From Chrysemys picta bellii (lineage: Eukaryota), in contig NC_088798.1 in assembly GCF_011386835.1 (NCBI RefSeq), positions 110,298,001-110,362,000 of the forward strand: a DNA stretch of 64,000 nucleotides, read 5' to 3'. The position numbers and the translations under genes were made by a program. The notes below the pieces were generated by a model. That model had not been told where the DNA came from, did not search any database, and saw only the letters and a program-made list of their open reading frames with translations. Shown here piece by piece: positions 11,946 to 24,960 of the stretch (within the stretch, counting starts at the first letter, position 1; each line of letters opens with the position of its first letter).

Positions 11946-12942
11946 CCTGGGAATAAGGGGTAGAGTGTTATCCTGCATGGATTCCTCTGAGGTACACTGA
12001 CCTTCCCCAGGAGTTGCATTTGAACTCTCTGGCAGTGTGGGTGGAGTCTGTCTGTGCCTGTGGATTTCCTCCTCTCCCAAGGCTCACCCCCGTACAATGA
12101 GCTGTGCTCCCCTTTCCAAGAAGGCTGGAATCCTCATCCCTTCAACTAGAACCACAAGTATTTTCTTCATGCCAAGAAGCTGGTATAAACGGAGAAGGAA
12201 GCTTGAGCACACAGCTCCCTTGTGCACAGAACCTTCAGCCAGGTGCTGAAATCTGCATGACTGTGTCCTGTACTGGCTGCTCTGTGCTGCCCTTGGATCA
12301 CCCCAGAAAGGACAGAACTGATTGTGATGGTGCAGGGGCCTCTGCACTACCACACCCCCCTGAGGCTCCTGGTCTGACCCAGCATTGAGTGTGTGTATTA
12401 AGTGGTGTAAAATGCATAATGTGAAGAGACTGCACAGGGGTTGGAACTAGCTGCCTTGAGGCTGAGGCAACAGGCTTGTGTATCTGCCATTGGTATTTCC
12501 AAGGTGCTGATCACTGTGGCATAGGAGTACTGTGGGATTAGAACCCCACAAGTTTCTGTGTAGGGATGGCTGCATATTTTAGCATAGCATTTGTTTTCCT
12601 AGTGCGTTAAAAGGGATCTGGGCACAAGGCAAAGCTGTCCTATCCTCCAACTTCAGCAGTCATTCCTTTTCTAGGTGGTATAATAGTATGCCACTTACCA
12701 CCCTTCTCTGCTGCTCAGAGGGGCATGGTGAGGGGTCACACTCAGCTTCCTCTTCCACAGTGCTGCAGACAGCTTTTCCCTTCCATGGGGCTGCAGGGCA
12801 TCCCTGGCCTCCGTGGGGCGCATGTGCAGCAGTGAAGTAGATTGGTTGATGTGTCCTTTCCCTGTACAGCGGGGAGGCAAAGGGGGTGTTGGGTCACTTG
12901 GTTACTAACTTTTGGATACTTTGTTCTGTCACGTGGATTCCT

Positions 12943-12948
12943 AATAAA
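12943..12948 (+). terminator. Probable TMED9 polyadenylation signal AATAAA
   Basis: AATAAA about 1.4 kb after the stop, just before the B4GALT7 CpG island, with GT-rich sequence downstream. Confidence 0.6.
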
Positions 12949-13498
12949 GAGTGCTCTGAGGACGGGCTTGTGTGTGTCCCCGGATTCTTGCTTTCTGAGC
13001 CTGCTCCGTGGACAAGGGACTGCAGCTGGGATGAAAACCCGTTGCGGGAGAGGGAAGTCTTTCCGCCAGGGGCCTGGCAAGCTACCCGTGCATGCGGTGG
13101 CAGCTGGTGACCCGTCCCCTGGAGGGGGAGGTAGCGGTGACTGGGGTACGGCGGGCAGCCCTCGAGCGTCCTTGTAACTCCATGTGCCCCTTCCGGCTGA
13201 GAGCTCGGGGCTGCCCGGGACCGCCCGATGCTGTTTGGGGGATGCTCGGCCCGGGACCGCTTACGTGGCTTTAGGCCGCCGCACCTCCCCCGGCTGCGTG
13301 GGCCGAGGATGGGGGGAGCGGCTGGTGCTCGCGGGAGCCGCTCGCCCCGGAACCCCCGTGTAGGCGGAACGGCGGGACCGGGCCGTGTTTCCGGGGGACC
13401 CCGCTCGGCGCCGGACCTGGTGTCTGAGCCAGCGTGTCCGGGCAGCCCCGGGCCCGGGGGGACGGAGCCAGGAGCCGCCCCCGGCGCCGCCTGGGAGC

Positions 13499-17052
<3,554 letters not shown>

Positions 17053-17306
17053 GCAGCCTGCCACGCTGAGATGCCCAGGGACTGCAGCGGGGCCATTCGG
17101 AGCAGGGCAGGTTCGCTGCGGCAGCTGAGCGCGAGGGCTGGAGCATGGAGGCGACAGACTGGAAGAGGGCTGAGGAGCCAGCCCAGCTCCTCGGTCGGTG
17201 CAGCTGGAAGGGCAGAACTGAGACCGAGACACTGTGGCCCCCAGCACAGATGCCGCTCCCTCCTTGCGCTGGCCATGGCAGAGCCACCTCCGTGCTCCAA
17301 GGGGAC

Positions 17307-17312
17307 AATAAA
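17307..17312 (+). terminator. Probable B4GALT7 polyadenylation signal AATAAA
   Basis: First AATAAA, about 255 nt after the stop codon. Confidence 0.6.
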
Positions 17313-17880
17313 GACCCATCAGGACCATGTGATATCAATGCACTGAGCCTCGCCCTGCTTTCCATGCCAGTGCCCATCTGCCAGCCTTGGTCAGGCACCA
17401 TTTCTGCTCCTCGCTCCCTTGCTCTCCTACTGCTCTGTGATTCCAAGAGGAAGCAGGGACGGAAGCCAGGCTGTGAGTGTCTGCAGGAGGCCAGTCACTC
17501 GGGAGGCTCACAAGAGAGGTTTGGTTGATGCAGTGGGGCCCAGAACCCCATTAACACGGGCTGGGATTTCAACAGAGAATGGGACGTATTGGCTACAATA
17601 CTGCCCAGAACTTCCCATTCCCCTTCATGTGGCTTCTAGGTCCCGCTGCCCACCCCTGCTTTCTGTGGAGTAAGGTCATGTTTCTGTTGAACCCCAGCTC
17701 GTGAGCATGTCACTGCTCACCGGCTGCATCCCCCCAGAGCACCAGCAGTGCCAGTGCCACTTCCCACAGTACACACCATACCCCAGCCTTCTCCATGGGG
17801 CTTGAGTGAATATCTGGTGCCTTGGCCTCTAGTGCCCCCTTCTCTCCTGGCCCTGCCCTCTCCCAGCTCTAGTCAGGAAA

Positions 17881-20065
17881 TCCTGCACCGTGTTTCCCTG
17901 GAATGTAATGGCTGCTCATTTGCTGCAGTGGTGGCATTAAAGCCAGTGGAGCCATGGATGGTGTCCGTGCAAGAATCCAGCCCCGGGCTCCTCCCCAGCA
18001 GCCAGAGATGGAGCTTCCTGTACTGCAGGGGGCAGGGTTCTGAGACTCCCTACCCCAGGGAACAGCACAGGCCTGTGAATGTTTCTGGTTAGAGAAGGAC
18101 CAGAGGGGTGTCTGTTTGTGTGTAATTAACCACAGGAACAACTGCCCCGGGGGACTCTCCACCGCTGACCATTTCTAAATCCCAACGGGCTGTTTTTCTA
18201 ATCGCTCTGCTCCAGGAATGGTTTGGGGGGAGGTCTCTGCCTGTGCTGTACAGGAGCTCAGACTAGACAATCACTAAGGTCCCACCTGACCTTGGAATCT
18301 CTGAACTGAGCTTCCTTCCTGGACCGAGAGGCTGGCCACCCCCTCCAGCTGCGGCCAACAGCAGCTGCTCTGTAGGCTGGGTCATGCTAGCCCAAGGACC
18401 TGCTGCCCCATAACTGCTGGCTTATGCGCTGGTAGAGCCAGGACTGCTGGGCTCTGCTCCTGCAGCCTCAGTGCTGCAGAAGGTGGCTTCTTCTACTGGG
18501 TCTAAACCTCTCACCCCCAACCTGTTCTCATTGTTGTGAGATGGGGTGAGGAAGCAAATACAGCTCTTCCAGCCCGCAGGAGGGTTTCACTGCCCCCTGC
18601 AGCCATCAGGCCAGGCATGACGGTGTCCTGCTGGGTGCATCACAGGATGCTGAATGCAACAGCAACCTTACAGCTGGAGGTCCCAGACCTGCTGTGGGGC
18701 CTGCCCACCCTCCTGCCAGGCTCTGCTTTGGTGGAAAAGTCCACTCGGCTCAGAATGGGGGCTGCACATGGTGGGGGGCTGGGACTACAGGGCTTAGCTC
18801 ATGGGCCAGGCCCCCACAAGCTGGACTGGCCCCTGGTAATACCCCCTAAAGCAGGGACCTGCTGCCCTCCTGCAATCCCCTGCAGGAGCATGAAAGTGAG
18901 AGCAGGACGGCCCTGTCGCTTCATGGCAAACTCAAAAGGTCTTTTCTGCACATCTGAACTGGCACCGGGGGTACCACGTTACCAAAGACACCCATGACTA
19001 GAGGCAGCGCCAAGAAGAGCAGTAACTGGGAGTTGGGGGTGCTGGAGAGACCAATTCACAGCTGGATGCCCATCTTGGCACAGCAAGGGGGGAGGGATGC
19101 AGGATAAATCTACACACCTTACAAGAGGGTGAACCCCTTGGGAGAAGAGGGATTAGTTATGTGGGTGCCTGGAGCTGAGACAAGGAACAAAGGGTTGGAA
19201 ATGAGCGAAGGAAAAGCCGCCCAGCAGTCCAGGAATGCAGCCATGGAGGTGCGACAGAAAGGGTAGGAACCCATTGCATGGACGGATCCCTGTACAGGTG
19301 TGAACATGCCCTGGATGGGTGCTCAGCATGACCCTCTAGGCAGTATAACACAGAGGGGACTTACTATGGCTTTCCCCTGAGGTCTGACGATCCCAGGAGC
19401 AAGTCATCTGTGGAGCCAAGTCCCAGGCTGCCTGATCCCACCGTCATCCAGCTCACGCCTCCAGCCGTCAGGCTCTCCCAAAGCACTCGGGGCAGAAGGG
19501 GGGGACCACAGGCAGCATGGGGGCAGGAGTCTGGCCTAGAGCCTCCCATCAGCCATGCAGTTCCCAAGGCCAAATTTCATCTCTGAGCGTGAGGGGGCTG
19601 GTGGCAGGCCAGAGAGGCGCTCGCCTGTGAAAACATCGGGCAATGACCCAAATTCTGACCCTCTGCTGTTGGTTTTGGGACCTGTGGAGAATTAACTAAT
19701 GTCTTGGGGCATTCCCAGAGGGCCGGTGTCCACTGTCCCCCTTGTTCCCAGGGGCTGAACCCCTCTGTCTTGCTGTGGGGGCTGTTGTTTGGCAGAGGGG
19801 GAGCTCCCGGTGCTGGCTGTGCTACATGTGGTGGGAGGACAAAGGTCTGCAGGCCTCTCATCAGCCCATCCTGGGATCCCCCAAGGAGCTGAGGGATCAA
19901 GGCTGGTTCTAGTGAAAAGGCCCTGCCTCGCAGTGCTAAAGGCCCCATCCTGAGGGCTGTTCCCACAGCTGCTACATCCAGGGGTCTCCCCATCGCCGGA
20001 TCAGACAGCCACTGGGTCTCTCATTGTCTGGCTCGGGGCATAGCCAATCCCTGGCTCGGGGCTTA
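17881..20065 (-). pseudogene. Possible decayed 3' exons of the Rab11-FIP-like gene
   Basis: Candidate large exon 20065..19365 (pyrimidine acceptor, GTAAGT donor) has stops at 20001-20003, 19692-19694, 19536-19538 and one more in the frame inherited from exon 4. A faint, frameshifted resemblance to the Rab11-binding coiled coil lies at 17928-17881. Stop density is only modestly below random for GC-rich DNA. Confidence 0.3.
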
Positions 20066-20151
20066 CTGAACCGACAGGGAGGGTGAGACCCCACATCCAT
20101 CGGGACCAGGCTGAGCCCTTGTCCCCTCCCTGCCCCCGTGGAGCTACTCAC

Positions 20152-22618
20152 CTCCAGTTGCATGTGCGGAGCCCGCGGCGGTGCCCCTGGCCATCAGTGC
20201 TGATGGATCCGGTTCAATGGGCAGGCTGGAGGAGGAGGAGGAGACCTCATCGTTGGTCTGCCCAGAGGGAACAAACAGGGTCAGCACAGCAGTCAGATGC
20301 CGTGAGCTTTGGCTCCCTAGGCCTGTTCCTTGAGGAATGCTCTGAGCACTGCTGTGCCCCTGGCCTAAGCTTTCATGGCCACCATGCCCTTGTCCAACAG
20401 CTGTGTGCAGTCCTGGCAGGCTGGGCCCCTCTCACCTCCTGGCTCCATCATTTCAGTGCCCACTGCAAATCGTGATCCTAAATTGCTTTCTCTGAGAAGC
20501 TCATGGGGCAGCCAGGGTCACCCTTGGGAGCCCCGTGGCATCCAGGATTGCAAGATGTGCCCTTAGTTGAGAGGGAGGCAGGGAGTTCTGTTCTTCTCCA
20601 CAGCCACTTGCCGGATTCCACAGGTCAAAGTCTCCAGGGACACGTTCCAGGATACAATGCCTATTGCTCCTGTCCCCCAGGCTGAGATCCTGCCCCCCGA
20701 CACTGAGCTGGGCAATTTAGCACCCCAAAGAGCCCACCTGCTACCTCCAGGGTAAGCAACATGCCGCTAACAACAGCCACGCTCAGAGGCCCAAGATAAG
20801 GGGAGTGAAACACCTGGCTGGCCAGAGAGACGCCACGTACCGTATACAAGGAAGGTGATTGGGACTCAGGATAAACCTTGTTTCTTCGGCCCTTCATGCT
20901 GCTGTGGAGCTTAGTGAAGAGGGACCATGGTCCTTGGATGCTGAATGCCTTTTTGCTGCCAGGAGACAGGATCTGCATGAACTGGAGGTCGAGCTGCAGC
21001 TGCCCTCGCACCTTGTCAGGTCTGCCACGCCTGGATTGCAGCCTGAACCATCTGCGCCAGACAACGCCATGAACCATGAGGAAGCTGCTCGAGCCTTCAC
21101 TGCTCTATTTGTCCCGAACTCACAGGGCTCAGCCCACTAAGGACTGGGGGTAAAGGGAGCTAAATGTTGTGCTGAGTCCTGCTCTTAGAAGTTATATCTT
21201 GTGGCTACACCTCACTGCCCCGGGGAAAAGCCCCCTGGCCCTGGCCACGCAGGCTCCCCAGCCACGTGCAGAGGAATTTGTGCCTTCCAAGTCCCTTGCC
21301 TGGTGGGCTGTTTACTTCTGAGCCAGCCTGGGATCCTCCCTTTTCAGCAATCGGGCCGGGAAAGCCCATCCTGTGTGGTGCAGTGGCTCTGCTCTCACCC
21401 ACCCCCAGTTCTGGTCTCTAGCTCTCTGAGCCACTTTCTTCTGCCCTCTCCTTTCCCACCAGCCCTTCTCCCTTCCCCTGGTCACAGGCTTTCCGCACCC
21501 GAGCTGAGACAGCGCTTTCTAGGGGTCTTTTACCAGCTAGTCAGAAAGGCCCACACCCACCGCACACCTGGCCAGGTGCATTTATGGGGAGCTTCGGCTT
21601 CCTCTGGATCAGTCCTTGGACCCTGCCAGAGAGGGGAGTCCAACCCCCGCCCCCATTCCGCTGTATGTTGGCACCAGAGAGCCCAACCCCACCAGGTAAA
21701 GCTCCCCGTAGAGCTGCTCTGTGCTCTGGGGCACCCCACACAGACCCCAGGAGAGGTGACTGAGCCCTGGTAATGTGTCTGGCTCATAGGTCAACCACAG
21801 AAGGGCAGGAGGTAAATGGTTCCCTGGGACACCTCCATTCCCTGGCCCCAGGTCTCAGCCCCATGGATGGGGCAGGGGTGGCTGCAACACTCACTCATTC
21901 CTTCTCCTTGCCTTGTTGCAGAACAGCTGTGGCAGGGGAAGGCAGAGCCGGCCCAGGAATTGGTCGGGGCGATGGAGACAGTGGTGCATGGCAGTGAGGA
22001 CGAGACTGGGCTCCTCTGCCTCCTCCAGCCTGCTGGGCAGCTGGAGTGTGCACTCCTCCCTCCACTCGGGGGTCAGGCTGTGGGGCACCACTGACGTCAT
22101 GTATTTCTGCTTTTGCAGCTGAATGACCACGTAGGGGCTGCTGGAGCCAGCACCCCCTTTGGCCCGCAGTGACCGAGCCCTCAGGACGGTCACACGAAGG
22201 TGAGTCGGGTGCCACTCCTCCGACTCGGCCACCCTGCAAGACACGAGCCCATGTCAGTCCCCGGTGGCCCCGCGCCCACTACGGGCTGAGAATCCCCATG
22301 AACCACCAGGGATGTGGCGGGGACTGTCCCCACAGCCTCTGCCCATGTCCCCAATGCAGACAAACTGGAGACTGGTGTCAGGAGGTGGGGGAGGGCAAGA
22401 CCCTGGTGCGGGATGGGGGGGCAGAGGGGGTGGGCCAAGCTGCCCTGGAGGCGTGGCGGGGGGCTAGTCACTGAGGGGGAGAGGCTACTTGCTTGGAGGA
22501 GGGGAGGTGGGGGGTAGATTGACCTGGAGGGGGTAGGGCGGCCCGGGGGGAGAGGCTAGTCCCTGGGAGGGGCTCTTTACCCCGGGCGGGGGCTCTGGGC
22601 TCCGTGCTCCGCCTCCAT
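20152..22618 (-). CDS. Class I Rab11 family-interacting protein-like gene (N-terminal C2 domain); 5' four exons intact, 3' end unresolved
   Basis: complement join 22618..22581 (MEAEHGAQSPRP, GTAAAG donor), 22233..21895 (WHPTHLRVTVLRARSLRAKG...PYVVIQLQKQKYMTSV...PEWREECTLQLP...DQFLGR), 21051..20841 (WFRLQSRRGRPDKVRGQLQLDLQFM, GTACGT donor), 20257..20152 (GTGAGT donor). All junction phases match. The motifs and the intron within the ..E|W codon junction match recalled RAB11FIP1/2/5. Confidence 0.85.
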
Positions 22619-23110
22619 AGGGGCGCCCTGGCCCGCCCACGTGGCACCGGCCCGCCCCATGCTAACGTCACAGAGCGGCGGGAGGATCCTGGGCCCGGAG
22701 CCCCCAGGGGGCGGGGCCACATCGGGCCATTAGCCCCGCCCACGGACCTCCTGAGCCTGTGCGAGGCCCGCCCAGGGGGGCGGGGGAGAGAGCCGGTGAG
22801 GGGCGGGGCCCGGGGGCGGGGCAGAGCCCAGGGGGCGGGGCGATCTCCGAGCCGTGGCCCGCAGGGGCTGGCCTGGCACCGAGCTCGGGGGAACAGCAGG
22901 GTCCGGTGGGGGGGTGACTCCCCTGCTGCCCCTCGGGTCCCTTCCCCGGCTCGGGCTCCTCCTGGTCGTCAATAGCCCAGGGCCGGACTCTGGCTGCAGG
23001 GAAGGGGCAGAGGGGGGCAGGCGATGGCTGGTGTCGGGTCTGTTGGGCAGAGGGACCCGGAGCCGGGCAGAGCTCTTCCCGGGTGTGGGGAAGGCCCTCG
23101 GGGCCCCCGA
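22550..23110 (-). promoter_or_regulatory. CpG-island promoter of the Rab11-FIP-like gene
   Basis: CpG-dense; GC boxes, CCACGTGG at about 22637-22644 and a CGTCA half-CRE at about 22666-22670, just upstream of the ATG at 22618. Confidence 0.65.
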
Positions 23111-23239
23111 ATACGAGGTGGGACAGACAGTTTAGCATAAGTAGCTAACACACATTTCAAGGGACCCTTCAAGGTGAAGTGGCCTGTTAACAGTCACCTG
23201 GGGGAAAGCAGCGGGCGAGTCGTTGGCGGGTCACAGATT

Positions 23240-23481
23240 CAGGGCCGGCTCCAGGCACCAGCTCTGCAAGCAGGTGCTTGGGGCGGCCAAGGGGAAGGGG
23301 CGGCACATCGGGCTTTTCGGCGGTTGGTCCCTCGGTCCCTCTTGGAGGGAAGGACCTGCCACCGAAGTGCCGCCGAAGAAGAAAGCGCCGCGGCGGAGCT
23401 GCTGCCGAATTGCCGCCGATCGCGATCGTGCCTTTTTTTTTTCCGCCACTTGGGGCAGCAAAAACCCTGGAGCCCGCCCTG
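23240..23481. mobile_element. GC-rich hAT MITE, 242 bp
   Basis: TIRs CAGGGCCGGCTCCAGG / CCTGGAGCCCGCCCTG (15/16); TSD CACAGATT / CACAGACT (7/8). Confidence 0.85.
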
Positions 23482-24170
23482 CACAGACTGTTGTAAGAAG
23501 CCATAAATCCAGTGTCTCTGTTCGGTCCATGAGTTTTAGTATCTAGCAAAATTCTCAATTTAAGCTCCCAGGCTTGTCTTTTGAAGGTATTGTGCAGGTT
23601 TCCTTAGAGGACGAGGACTGAGAGGTCAGACGTGGAGTGATCGCTTTGTGAAATGTGTTCACCCACAGGTGATGGGGTGTTTGTCATCATTTTCCTGTGT
23701 GAGGTACACAGACAGCACAGTGATTGTCTAGTTGCACCCTCATAGTTGCTATTGGGTCATGTAGGGCACTGGCTGAGGTACACCACATATTGTGATAGGC
23801 ATATGTAGGACCCCTGGATCTTGAGTTGGGGGGGGGGGTGTGGCTCATCCTAGCAGTGGAGATATGTCTGCAGGTTTTGCGTCTGTTGCATGGAAGGGTT
23901 TGGTGCTGTGTTGGGGTGTCCTGGTCTGTGGGCAGCTTGCTTCTGATGATGATCTTGGGAAGTTGTTTGAAGGCCAGAAAAGGGGTTTTGGGAAAGGTTT
24001 CTTTTGGGATGGGGTCCCCATTGAGTGGGGGGTGCAGTTATTTGATATCCCATGTGGGTTCCATGTGGGGTGGTAGGTGAAAACTCGGGGTGTGCAGTCG
24101 GAGGCGGTTTTAATTCTGTCTTGAAGCAGGTTTTCTCCGGGTATTTGGGAGGCTCATTCCATGGGGCGCA
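23482..24170 (-). mobile_element. Penelope-like element fragment (GIY-YIG endonuclease region), degenerate
   Basis: Minus-strand translation QIPGENLLQ...TYHPT...SYICLSQYVVYLSQC..PNSNYEGATRQSL...HRKMM...PVGEH.SQSDHS...ELKLRILLDTKTHGPNRDTG, with stops and frameshifts. Confidence 0.85.
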
Positions 24171-24479
24171 GGCAGAATCCTCTGCTGATTGGAACCCTAC
24201 CATGAGGAGCTCTTATGCCTCAGCCCAGCCCTGGGCAGAGGAAGGAAGAGATGGACTGAGCCAGGGACAGGGAGACAGGCCCATACAGCTCCCCTTTGCC
24301 TGGGGAAAACTCCTGTTTGACTACAGGAGGGCAGGGGTCAGTTTGCAGCATTCCTTAGCAAATCCGTGGCTATTGCACGAGTTCAGGTTTCCCCCAGAGG
24401 GAGCTGAGGGGCCAATGAAATATGCTGTAAGAGCTTCAGGGACCAGCCAGGTGAAGTCCTGGCAGCTAGAGATGGGCTG

Positions 24480-24960
24480 ACTGCGGTGTTCTGCCGCATA
24501 TTCTGCGCTGTCCTCAGCCTGGCCCTTGCCACCGTCTGGGCCGAGTCCTTAAGGAGCAGGGTGCCCCCTGTCGTGCCCGCAAGCCGTGCTCACCCTGCTG
24601 CCTAAAAAGGGGAAACTGAGCTAATTAACTGGCACCCAGTTTCGCTCCTCAGCATGGACTACAAGGTCATAGTGAAAGCCATCTCACAGATCCACCCCAG
24701 ACACTCTTACGCCACCCCGAGCCAGACCGTCTTCAATAACCTCCAAGAGAAGAGACCTAAAGGACCTGTAGCAGCAGGTCCCAAGTACGACTAGCTCCTT
24801 CTACCTGGGTCCCCAAAACCTGCTGAGGCAGTGGGGCTGATGGCATTACCACTTGCTCCAGTACGTACCCCTCCATCCCGGCCCGGCAAGCTGAGGGATA
24901 CCAAGTGGGCGTATGACTAATGCCCGTTCTGTGCACACATGGGGCTCTAGACTGTACTGC
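24480..24960 (+). mobile_element. Tx1/L1-clade non-LTR retrotransposon RT fragment, degenerate
   Basis: AVLTLLPKKG / NWHPVSLLSMDYKVIVKAIS...IHP...QTVFNNL across a frameshift (about 24584-24745) matches the conserved early RT segment of Tx1/L1 ORF2. Confidence 0.75.

Noticed and set aside
23187-23558. ORFs with KKKAPRR / RRRRKRR basic motifs
   Set aside because: They span the hAT MITE and the Penelope 3' end, so they are TE-derived chance ORFs.
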